This document shows positions 53,496 to 64,000 of a stretch of DNA of 64,000 nucleotides, one piece after another (position 1 is the stretch's first letter; the number at the start of each line of letters is the position of its first letter). The position numbers and the translations under genes were made by a program. The DNA is from Eledone cirrhosa (taxonomy: Eukaryota): positions 182,342,001 through 182,406,000 of the forward strand of contig OZ024743.1 of the NCBI GenBank assembly GCA_964016885.1, in the 5' to 3' direction. The notes under the pieces were generated by a model, which was not told the DNA's origin, ran no database searches, and worked only from the letters and a program-made list of their open reading frames with translations.

Positions 53496-55195
53496 ATACT
53501 TTGGGAGGGTCATGTTGCCAATAAGAAACACACGCACAAGTTGCTTTCACTTCAATTTATTATAATAAATTTAGGAATTTATAATTTGTTGGTTGGTTGG
53601 TTCCACAACCAGATAGTTGTTTATATATTGTCAAAGTTCTTTCGTCACACATTCTGTAACCTCTTCAGTGACTGGGGATTCTTTTCTTTGTTTTTGTGCC
53701 TCTCCTTTGTTCTGTCCTATGCCATTTTGTTTCTGTGTGTGTGTTGTGTGCTCAGTCTGTGCATGCGCCACATCCGGGTGTCTGTGTGTGTTTATATTTG
53801 TTTATTTATTTGTTTATTTACATGTTACTGGTTGGTTGTTTGTTCTATGTGTGTGTGTGTTTTCATTTTGTCCTTAATTGTAAGTTGTGATGTTGCTGTT
53901 CCACTCATATTTTCTATTTAATTTTGGTTGTAATTCTTTTATGTTTATTGCCTCTGTGATTTGTCTAAACATTGCGTCTTTTCTGTGTGTAGATTCTATT
54001 TTTATTTCTATGTTCTCTAATTTACCCTTATGTTCTATTTTAGCATGTTAGTAAAGAATCATCTGTACTCTACCATCTTGAAGGTCTCGCCAGTGTTCAT
54101 TTATCCATTCCCCTACACTACGAGCTGTCTCACCTATGTACACTATATTTTTGTCTCTACATTGTCCTTCAGTACATCTTATGCTATATACTACATTTCT
54201 AGTTTTACAGTTAATATGGGGGCTTATTTTACAGGTTATACATTTCTTATCTATACAGGGGGGGGGGGGACTTTGAAAAGGGTATGTCTTGCTAATAAGT
54301 GCTTTTACGGAGGTACCTGGTCTTTCTACTATCTTAATATTGAGTTTATGTTTATCTAGGGCCCTTCTAAATTGTTAAGCTAATTCACCTCTAGGGGTTG
54401 TATCGATGAACATTACACTCTGGTATTTATTGCTATCATACCATGAGTTTATTCTATTAGCCTTGTTCCTAGTTCTTTCTATTCTATTCCAAAATTTGCT
54501 CCTATACAAGGGGCAGGTCCCATTTGTGTCATTATTTACCATTTTTTCCCCATTTGGTTCTGGCTCCTCTATACACTCTGATTTTATCTCTCTGATTGTA
54601 ACCAGAGAACTGGATACGGTGGATGAAATGTTGTATGTGTCTCTCTAGTTCTTCGGGGTTGCACATGCGGGACACGTTTCTCATCACCCGTACCAAATCC
54701 GCAATCAGTATTTTGATTTTGGTATGGTCCGAAACAGCTGAGTTTCGGTGGATCAGATGTTTGGAAGTCATGGGTTTGGCATAATGGGAATGGAGGATTT
54801 TTTTTTTTTTTTGTTATTAATGGTATCTAACCAGAGCTCTGTGTCTAGTACAGGTAATCGATGGTTGGGGTGTTTACTTGGGTAGTCTATAGTAGCTCTA
54901 ATACTCTGGTGGATGGAGTTAGCTATTTGCTGGATGCTTTCCATTGTGTTTTTCTCTAGTTCCTGACTGTTCTCTAGTGGGGGTGTCTTAACTACGATGT
55001 TTATATCATCAACGTAGCGGGAGTACATTATCAGGGTTAAGGGGTCTTCTAATTGTTCTTTAAGTTTAAGTTTAAGTCTACTGTCCCACCATACCATGAA
55101 TAAGTTAGCTATGTCGCCTGCAATACTAACACCAATGGCTGCTCCTTCCTCTTGGGCATATGTTTTTCCATTAAATTTGAACATATGTTCCTTAA
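53490..55195 (-). mobile_element. Penelope-like element, left arm (RT C-terminal half, Cys linker, GIY-YIG, pLTR)
   Basis: KEHMFKFNGKTYAQEEGAAIGVSIAGDIANLFM..YSRYVDDI..LPVLDTEL; C-IDKKC-ITC-KISPHINC-KTRNVVY; ends at a (TA)n tract. Confidence 0.92.
53630..53672 (-). ncRNA. Minimal hammerhead ribozyme in the left-arm pLTR
   Basis: Minus strand: gtca-CTGAAGA-g-gttaca-gaatg-tgtgac-GAAA-gaac-TT-tgac. Confidence 0.72.
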
Positions 55196-56834
55196 GAAAA
55201 ACATATGCCCAAGAGGAAGGAGCAGCCATTGGTGTTAGCATTGCAGGTGACATAGCTAACTTATTCATGGTATGGTGGGACAGTAGACTTAAACTTAAAG
55301 AACAATTAGAAGACCCCTTAACCCTGATAATGTACTCCCGCTACGTTGATGATATAAACATCGTAATTAAGACACCCCCACTAGAGAACAGTCAGGAACT
55401 AGAGAAAAACACAATGGAAAGCATCCAGCAAATAGCTAACTCCATCCACCAGAGTATTAGAGTTACTATAGACTACCCAAGTAAACACCCCAACCATCGA
55501 TTACCTGTACTAGACACAGAGCTCTGGTTAGATACCATTAATAACAAAAAAAAAATCCTCCATTCCCATTATGCCAAACCCATGACTTCCAAACATCTGA
55601 TCCACCGAAACTCAGCTGTTTCGGACCATACCAAAATCAACATACTGATTGTGGATTTGGTACAGGTGATGAGAAACGTGTCCCGCATGTGCAACCCCGA
55701 AGAACTAGAGAGACACACTTCATCCACCGTATGTAGTTCTCTGGTTACAATCAGAGAGATAAAATCAGAGTGTATAGAGGAGCCAGAACTAAATGGGAAA
55801 AAATGGTAAATAATGACACAAATGGGACCTGCCCCTTGTATAGGAGCAAATTTTGGAATAGAATAGAAAGAACTAGGAACAAGGCTAATAGAATAAACTC
55901 ATGGTATGATAGCAATAAATACCAGAGTGTAATGTTCATCGATACAACCCCTAGAGGTGAATTAGCTTAAAAATTTAGAAGGGCCCTAGATAAACATAAA
56001 CTCAATATTAAGATAGTAGAAAGACCAGGTACCTCCGTAAAAACACTTATTAGCAAGAGAAATGTAGTATATAGCATAAGATGTAGTGAAGGACAATGTA
56101 GAGACAAAAATATAGTGTACATAGGTGAGACAGCTCGTAGTGTAGGGGAATGGATAAGTGAACACTGGCGAGACTATCAAGATAGTAAAGAATCATCTGT
56201 ACTCTACCAACGTGCTAAAATAGAACATAAGGGTAAATTAGAGAACATAGAAATAAAAATAGAATCTACACACAGAAAAGACGCAATGTTTAGACAAATC
56301 ACAGAGGCAATAAACATAAAAGAATTACAACCAAAATTAAATAGAAAATATGAGTGGAACAGCAACATCACAACTTACAATTAAGGACAAAATGAAAACA
56401 CACACGCACATAGAACAAACAACCAACCGGTAACATGTAAATAAACAAATAAATAAACGAATATAAACACACACAGACACCTGGATGTGGCGCATGCGCA
56501 GACTGGGCACACAACACACAGAAACAAAATGGCGTAGGACAGAACAAAGGAGAGGCACAAAAACAAAGAAAAGAATCCCCAGTCACTGAAGAGGTCACAG
56601 AATGTGTGACGAAAGAACTTTGACAATATATAAACAACTATCTGGTTGTGGAACCAACCAACCAACCAACCAGAAATTTATAAATTCCTAAATTTATAAA
56701 TTTATTATAATAAATTGAAGTGAAAGCAACTGGTGCGTGTGTTTCTTATTGGCAACATGACCCTCCCAAAGTATAACAATATCGGTTTCAACACGTTTTC
56801 AGATAAAGAATCTTGCTAAACAAATTCAGAAACG
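55196..56834 (+). mobile_element. Penelope-like element, right arm (inverted duplicate)
   Basis: YAQEEGAAIG..YSRYVDDI; NVVYSIRCSEGQC..VYIGETARS..EH..RQITEAINI..PKLN (GIY-YIG). Frameshifted; ends at an (AT)n tract at about 56835. Confidence 0.92.
56582..56624 (+). ncRNA. Minimal hammerhead ribozyme in the right-arm pLTR
   Basis: gtca-CTGAAGA-g-gtcaca-gaatg-tgtgac-GAAA-gaac-TT-tgac. Stem I gtca/tgac, 6-bp stem II, extra nucleotide after A9, very short stem III. Confidence 0.78.
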
Positions 56835-56856
56835 ATATATATATATATATATATAT

Positions 56857-57195
56857 CGTCATCATCATTTCATTTTATGTCCGTTTTTCCCTGCTTGCAA
56901 GGGTGGGACGGGAACTGATTCTGGCTTGATTTCTACAGCTGGATGCCCTTCCTAACTCCAACCTCATTTACAGTGAGTGCTGGGTGCTTTTTTGCCGTGG
57001 CACCTCTACGACCACTTTGCAGTGGAATGATAGGGACCCCAGTCCCTACCATCTCATTTCTACAGCTGAGTAAACTGGAGCAATGTGAAATAAAGTGTCT
57101 TGCTCAAGGAAACAACACATCACCCGGTCTGAGAATTGAACTCACAACCTTTCGATTGCAAGCTCAATGCTCTAACCACTAAGCCATGTGCCTCC
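56857..57195 (-). mobile_element. Full-length SINE family B
   Basis: Reverse complement of 17751-18088 with few differences. Confidence 0.88.
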
Positions 57196-57204
57196 TTATA
57201 TATA

Positions 57205-58001
57205 TATACTATAAAGTATGTCCATAGAATCATTTGATAATATATATACACCATTTCCTCTCCCAATTAGCATAATCAACCACACAAAAAACCAATTAAA
57301 CCAGGCTAAAAAACCAATTAAACCAATTAAAAAAGGCACCTATGAAGAAATAGTAGATAAATAAACGACAGCCATCTATTTGCGATCAACCTCTATAGAA
57401 TATTTACCCAACATTTCAATAGCACGTGGAAATCGATTAAATATACCGTCAACCATACACAATTAGGTATAAAATTAAAGTTAGAAGAAAAAATGCATAT
57501 ACACATACCAGGATTACGTTTCTACCCTTAGGGTTTCATTCGCTTTCGGAAATATCCTATCAAGGATAAATTCTCGAGCTTCGACCTCATCAGGAAACAA
57601 ACTCACTTGGACAAAGATTTTTCTTAAATGATCCCCACCAGAAACGAATTCAAAATGGCTAAGAACTGTGACGTGGCAGTGGTCAAGTCAGAAAGAATGT
57701 GATTGGTGCCTACGGCGAGTGGGCTGGTTGCTAGAAAGTGCAGCCCAATATTGCCCAAATTGCATCTCAACCTTATGGGAGATTATCAAATATAAAGATT
57801 TACATATACACAAACTAGACAAAGTCACAGATATATATGTTTTGGCAACCATTCACGATGTGGCTCAATGATGAATTAATAAATTAAATAATCAGAGCAA
57901 TATACTATAAAGTATGTCCATAGAGTCATTTGATAATATATATACACCATTTCCTCTCCCAATTAGCATAATCAACCACACAAAAAACCAATTAAACCAG
58001 G
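57205..58001 (-). mobile_element. Non-coding element with 101-bp terminal direct repeats (696-bp period) and an internal hammerhead; retrozyme-like or non-autonomous PLE
   Basis: 57205-57305 equals 57901-58001 except for one substitution. Hammerhead at 57518-57598. Abuts (TA)n. Confidence 0.75.
57518..57598 (-). ncRNA. Type I hammerhead ribozyme with a long stem II
   Basis: Minus strand: gtttc-CTGATGA-[49-nt imperfect hairpin]-GAA-Accc-taa-ggg-T-A-gaaac. Stem I gtttc/gaaac, GUA cleavage site. Confidence 0.82.
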
Positions 58002-58706
58002 TTATGTATATGAGAGAGACATATCTGTATTTACTACTCACTGCCTTGTTTTCCCCATGGACAGGATAGAGAAGACATTGCCCCAGAAGATGGCGAGGGA
58101 GACATGCTGGACCAGCTACTTCACCTTGTGGGGCTCACATTTACAGGTAGCCACCTCTGTCCTGATATTAGTAGGGATGTGGTCTGGGGTCAAGAACACT
58201 GGAAGTCTCCATTGCTACAGGCTCTACCACAAACTTAACAAAGAACAGCCGATACTTGGACAGTTTGCCCTCTTCAGCTTGGCAGGAAACAAAGCCTGAG
58301 TTGGTAGTTGAACACACCATGGTGCTGCTGGAGTGCTCATCACACTTCCTCTCTAATATCTTTTATCTTCTACACTCTAATTTATCGTAGTTTAGCCCAA
58401 AGTCAATCTTGATTGAGTAGATCTATGATCATAGGTATTCTAGTTATTACCATCCCTTCTTTGTTAGTATATATAGGATACATTATCTAATGTGTCTTTT
58501 TCTTTTGTAAGAATGTAGGATCTGATTTGATGTAGATTTAGTTACTATAGGCTGACTGTGCAGATTGAGGCTTTCCCGTGGCCTTAGTTGTGATGGTTAA
58601 ATCAACCTATAGAATTATTTCTACAACCCTTTATTTTCTACTTTCTTAGAACTGGCTCTTCTAATCTGAAAATATAGTATCTACTGTCAAAGTAGACCAA
58701 AATCTA

Positions 58707-58970
58707 TTGTTATATTTGGAGAGGGTCATGTTGTTCTAATATTGCCAGAAAAATATAGTAAAACACACTTCTGTTTGGTTTGGTTTTCGCTTCAGTATAT
58801 TTTTATATTTCTATAAATAATTCAGCTGGCAGTCAATGTTTATCATTGATTGACCAACAGTTAAAAAACATAAATATAAATCTAGTTTCTCGGGGTTCTT
58901 TCGTCACACATATCTGTGACATCATCAGTGATGTTTCTATGTTTCCTCCCATTGTGTTCCTGTAATGTTT
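58707..58970 (-). mobile_element. Diverged solo pLTR of the Penelope-like family with a decayed hammerhead (58891-58933)
   Basis: ttgttatatttggagagggtcatgttg matches the arm terminus. Minus strand ctgatgatgtcacagatatgtgtgacgaaagaac. Confidence 0.7.
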
Positions 58971-60318
58971 TCTTCTATCTTCTAGTTATATTCCACAATA
59001 TCCCAGTCATGTAATGTGCAATTTGCTGCTGTTAGTAGAAAGATAAGGGGTAGGGTTGTGTGGTCATACATAGTTGATATAATGGCCACACAGCCAAGAA
59101 CCAATTAATGCTTAGCTGAAATCCTCCCATAGAAACATACTTTTCATAAACTGGTGTCCTATCCAGGGGGAGAAACACTTCTCATCTTCAGTACTACTAT
59201 ATACTGAAGCAAAACAATGGCAATGCATAAAAGAGAATGAAAGTACAAAACAAACTCTGTGTGTGTGCGTGTGTGTGCGTGTGTGAGGGGTGGAGGCATA
59301 ATTGGTTAGATTCAAACCTTTTCATCTTGAGACAAAACACAAAGTTAATCGAATCAGGATTTGAACTCAAAATGTAGAGAAGGATAAAATTGAATCGTGT
59401 TTATATCAATTCTTATTATTGATTTCTTTTGCTGAGTTACAAAGCTAACTTTTGTGATGAGGGAGTGGAGTTGATGGTCATCTGTATATTATTGGTGCTA
59501 ATGTCATTATATGAAGAGATGAAGAAGTAAATATTTTCTGGCAATATTTGAACCCACAACACAGAGGAATAAGATCAGATATAGTGTGACATTTAGCCTG
59601 GCATTCTAGCATTTTCTGCCAACTCAACCACTTAAAAACATCAATTGTAATTCTGAAATTCTCTGCAGCTACTTAACTGTGTATTACAGTATTTTGGTTG
59701 TTAGAACTGGTCCATCATTGTTGTGAACAATTTCTAATATGCTACATTATTAAACAATTGAAGCACAAAATCACTTTCTCAAGTTTTAAAGTTAAACAGT
59801 GCATTTTTGAAAAGGAAGAAGATATATATATATACATACACACATATATATGTGTGTATGTGTGTATATATATATATATGTGTGCGTGTATCAAAAACGA
59901 AAAAAAATGACAGTTTTTCTTTTTCTCAAATTTCCAATCTGGGAAAACATTTTCAAGATAAAGATAATTGTTAAATTTTAGGTCAGCACTTAATAGTTGT
60001 AGAGAAAAGGTTTCAACTTTTGCCTGCACAGCAATATTGACAGCTTTATGTTGTTCAATGTCTTTTTACTTGGCATATCAACAATTTTAACATGGTAGGA
60101 GGTATAACTAATCCCTCAGCATTGTTTTAAACACAGTGTCAAGGAACATCATTTGATATGCATAGCTTTATGGCTAAGAACCTTGTTTTGTACCGATTTC
60201 ATTCTAGTTTGATTGCACTGCACGTCAACATAGGACAGTATCTTCAACCATTGTCTTTGGTTGACTAATACCATGTGAGTGGAATTTGGTACAGGGAAAC
60301 TATGCAGAAGCCCATTGT

Positions 60319-60320
<2 letters not shown>

Positions 60321-60391
<71 letters not shown>
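60321..60391. repeat. (CA)n microsatellite
   Basis: Directly visible. Confidence 0.97.
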
Positions 60392-60394
<3 letters not shown>

Positions 60395-60414
60395 TATGTA
60401 TATGTATGTCAGCA

Positions 60415-60600
60415 CAGCTTTTTAGTCCTGCTAGGGACTTGCACACACTTGCACAGACGCTGCAACAATGGAGGCCTCTCACAGTAAGTGTTATGGTCCT
60501 GTTTTGGTGCACTTTCAAATGACATTTTAGTTCACAAACTGAGGCACACTCTTTTCCACACTCCCCACAAACGGAAATGCCATACAATGCACAGTATGTG
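60415..60600 (-). pseudogene. Two C2H2 zinc-finger-like motifs, probably a LINE-derived remnant
   Basis: CGECGKECASVCELKCHLKVH and CSVCASVCKSLAGLKS (second finger truncated). Confidence 0.5.
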
Positions 60601-60727
60601 GCTTCTCTGATGACTTCCAAGGCCTGCCCTACTAAGACATAACCGGCCACATTCTTTACAGGTGGCAGCTCATTCTTAGGAGTCAAGTGATGGTATTACT
60701 TGAAATCGAGTTGCAGCCATCATCATC

Positions 60728-60737
<10 letters not shown>

Positions 60738-60789
<52 letters not shown>
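60738..60789. repeat. (TA)n microsatellite
   Basis: Directly visible. Confidence 0.97.
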
Positions 60790-60791
<2 letters not shown>

Positions 60792-61318
60792 TATTGTTAT
60801 ACGTTATTGGTAAAGAGATAGGTGTGTGTGAAAGTGTGGGAGAGAGAGAGGGGTCAACCGACCAATGAGACAGGTATACTCAATCTAGTGAAACAGACAA
60901 AATGAAAGAGAAGCTAGTGTCATTGATCTTGGAAACCTTAGAAGTTTTATATTTTCTTTGTTCTTTCTCATCTTTCTGGTCAGGCATCACATTCCGACAT
61001 TCTAACAGATTATTATATTATATAGTGAACATGTTTCGTTGGTAGCATCATTTATTGAAGGTGTAAACTACAAATCGTTATTTTATCATTTATTTTGTTT
61101 AATTAAAAGTAAAAAGTAATTGTTTCTTTGTTTAGATTGGTAATTAAAGGTAAGGTCTGAAGAAAAATTATGTAGGATTTCTAGAAACAACTAATTACCT
61201 TTGTGGCAATTATATGGCTAGAAACGATCTAAAGATAGTAATTGTGTAAACACTCTAAAACTATCTTGCTTTGAGCTGTATGTATGTATGCATATGTATG
61301 TGTGTGTGTATATATATA

Positions 61319-61541
61319 TATACTTTGGGAGGGTTATGCTGCCAATAAAAACACACATACCTGTTGGATTTCATTTCAATTTATTATAAACTCCTAGTTG
61401 ATTAGTTTAATAAACGGATGGTTGTTCAGTTTTTGTTGATTGTCAAAGCTCTTTCATCACATTCTGTGACCTCCTCAGTGACTACTTTTGTAGTTATTTT
61501 GTGTCTTTCTTTTGTTCTGTCCTATACTATCTTGTTTTTGT
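61319..61541 (-). mobile_element. Solo pLTR of the Penelope-like family with a hammerhead (61442-61482), attached to (TA)n
   Basis: tactttgggagggttatgctgccaataa matches 53498 onward. Minus strand gtca-CTGAGGA-ggtcacagaatgtgat-GAAA-gagc-TT-tgac. Confidence 0.8.
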
Positions 61542-61689
61542 GAGTAAAATTTGTCACTAATATACATCTCAATGAAAAGATTGCGAAAATGAATTTAATT
61601 CAGAGAAGCATATACATATAGAATACCTTATACAAAAAAACAAAATCACCAAATTTCCAGTGACTGTGAAGGTTCTGGTTGTCATCAGC

Positions 61690-61960
61690 AAGAAAGCATA
61701 AAAGAACTAAGTGAGAAATTAGGGATAAGCAGGATCAGATGCAGTTTACTAGAGCAGAGATTGTGTTGGTATCGTCATGCGACGCATATGAAGGACAACA
61801 GCTGTATAAAAAAGTGCAAGGCGATCAAAATTGATGGAAGCTGTGGGGTAGGTAGATCCAGAAAGACCTGGGACGAGGTGATAAAAGCTGACCTTGCACA
61901 CTTGAACTTCTCTAAGACAATAACACATCTTTGGTGCTATGCAGTAATACAGAAGACCTG
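61690..61960 (+). mobile_element. RTE-clade LINE C-terminal fragment
   Basis: LCWYRHATHMKDNSCIKKC..IDGSCGVGRSRKTWDEVIKADL. Confidence 0.8.
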
Positions 61961-62239
61961 CCTTGTAGGCACCTCTTAATCCAATATACATCATACACCC
62001 CCACAGAAATATAAAAACAAAGTCTTTTTTTTATTTTTCTCATGACAGGCTGTAAGAGTTGGGGTGCAGAACCCAACAAAACTTGAGTATCTGTTTATGT
62101 CACTGTTGTAATTATTTATACTAAACTCATCCTATTGACTGAGTGCTTTTTACCCTTGGATATTTCCACTTAACTTTTACTAGAGTATATATATATATAT
62201 ATATATATATATCTATATATATATATATATATATATAAG

Positions 62240-62640
62240 CGCCCACTTCACACTGTAAAGTGGTCTGTAGGTGTCACAACAAAAAGCACCCAGCGCACAC
62301 TGTAAATGTGGTTAGCATTAGGAAGAACATCCAGCTGTAGTAAACAAGTCAAAATCATTTCTGTGTTAGAAAAAACTTGGTCCAACCACCTGGTTGTCTC
62401 ACAACAGGAGACATCATGTCCTACCCATGCTAGCATCAAAAATAGACGTCAACCACATTTACAGTGAGTACTGGGTGCTTTTTGTCATGTCGTCTACACA
62501 ACCTCTTTACAGTGGGGACTAGGCACTTTTTATCGTGACTTCTACATGATCACTTTACAGTGGGGATTGGGCACTTTTTATTATGACTCCTACACGACCA
62601 CTTTACAGTGTGGACTGGGTGCTTTTTGTCGTGACACCTA
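62240..62640. mobile_element. Tail-to-tail SINE family B fragments (+ 62240-62450; - 62450-62640, with an internal ~46-bp tandem expansion)
   Basis: aaaagcacccag..ctgtaaa..ttaggaagaacatccagctgtag, then repeated cactttacagtg..gactgggtgcttttt. Confidence 0.7.
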
Positions 62641-63387
62641 TGTGTTTTATTATACTCACATGTTCAAATATTCAAACTAGATCTTAATGCCCCCTCCCAC
62701 CTCTATCTAGTAGCTCCATGAAAAACATTGTCTTTCAGCTCTGTCCAGATCATAAGCTCTATACTATGTACTCCTATCATGTCTGAAACAAAATCTTTCT
62801 TCTCTCACTAGGCCATAAACTATCCACTATATACTTCTATATTTCTTGCTTGAAACTAAATCTTTCAGGATTTTCTACATACACATGATTCCATTATCCA
62901 ATAATTAACCTGGAAATGGAAGAGAATTGGTTTATGTAGCTATAGTAATTGTGTACCACATTAGTAATAATAATAATAGTGAGGTGTGGTGCAATGTATT
63001 GTGGTGCAGTGTGGTGAGGTACATAAAGAAAGAATTAGGATTGTCAGCTTATATGCCATAAGTTCAAATTCCCTGCACAGATTGTGTTATACGTGGGCAG
63101 AACAGTTTATTGTGGATTGCTTTACTTCATATAGTTGTTATGTAATAAATGAGTGTTTTGCAGCTGATAAATAAATGTAAACAGTGATACATGGTGGGAG
63201 GTTGGAGACTTATCTTCTACCTGGTTACCTAGACATTTCACGTTAAACAACACAAGCGTTATGACTCACTGGAGTTTCAAATGGGATTGGGACCAGTTTG
63301 ATAAATACTGCTTAATTTTAAAAAGCTTCATAATCATCATCATTGTCATCATCATCGTCGGCATTGATTATTTGAATGATGGTGGAG

Positions 63388-63550
63388 CGGCAGTATAGGT
63401 AGAGTGTTGGACTTTGTGGCATATAGTTACATCCCTTTATTTTCTGAGTGCAAATCCCTCCAAGGTTGGCTTTGCCTTTCATCCTTACAGCGTCAATAAA
63501 ATAAAGTACCAGTAATGTACTGTTGGCCTTGTCCCTAAATCAGAAACCAT
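63388..63550 (+). mobile_element. SINE family A
   Basis: cggcagtataggtagagtg...tttgcctttcatccttacagcgtcaataaaataaagtaccagtaatgtactg. Confidence 0.75.
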
Positions 63551-63629
63551 TACATATCTTGTATGTTTTTCCAGGGTAAAATGGGTTTGATGTCCATCCT
63601 TCGTAATCTTACATCATCTTGCTTGTGGT

Positions 63630-63822
63630 TCCCAACAATCTAAGATGTTATCTCCTTGTCTCTTCCTCTACCAAACATCTCGGATGTTATCTTCTCATGT
63701 CTTCCTCTATTAAACATCTCAAATGTTATCTCATCTCTTCCTCTACCAAACATCTCAGATGTTATCTTCTCATCTCTTCCTCTACCAAACATCTCTGTTA
63801 CTCTCTTATGCCTTCCTCTGCC
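63630..63822. repeat. ~36-39-bp minisatellite (caaacatctcagatgttatcttctcatctcttcctctac), ~5 copies
   Basis: Directly visible. Confidence 0.85.
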
Positions 63823-63824
63823 AA

Positions 63825-64000
63825 GTGGTAGTACTGGTACTATGATAAAACCCATCCACTTCACTCTGTAAAGTACTGGTACCACAATAAAATGTACCCA
63901 GCCCACCCTGTCGGGTGGTAATACTGGTACCTCAATAAAAAGTACCATGTCCACCCTGTCAGGTGGTAATACTGGTACCACAATAAAAAGTACACAGTCC
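63825..64000. repeat. ~50-bp tandem repeat (gtggtaatactggtaccacaataaaaagtacccagtccaccctgt-like), runs off the window
   Basis: About 4 copies; resembles the internal repeat of SINE family B. Confidence 0.7.

Noticed and set aside
55096-55195. N-terminus MNKLAMSPA... of the 237-aa and 166-aa ORFs as a real protein start
   Set aside because: It is antisense read-through of the opposite palindrome arm. Real RT homology starts at the fold-back junction.

Overview
AT-rich, repeat-dominated eukaryotic (animal) DNA with no supportable intact host gene. The SINE and RTE repertoire resembles that of cephalopods (Octopus-like), which is an inference. Main contents: (1) a frameshifted CRE-clade non-LTR retrotransposon (about 0.8-4.6 kb); (2) many RTE-LINE fragments, tRNA-derived SINEs and microsatellites; (3) a ~30 kb array of 9-bp units (GTATTGGTG/GTATTGTTA/GTATTGGTA, 20306-50316) that starts inside a SINE, has kb-scale higher-order duplications and runs into a 200-N gap, and whose huge ORFs are artefacts of the 9-bp period; (4) a 3.3-kb palindromic Penelope-like element (RT + Cys linker + GIY-YIG) with a hammerhead ribozyme in each arm; (5) a set of small non-coding hammerhead-ribozyme elements next to (TA)n tracts. 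The most striking of these is a 696-bp-period, terminally redundant, retrozyme-like element at 57205-58001. Four fold-back palindromes bounded by (TA)n occur at different scales. All ribozyme calls are by-eye motif matches and have not been computed or tested.
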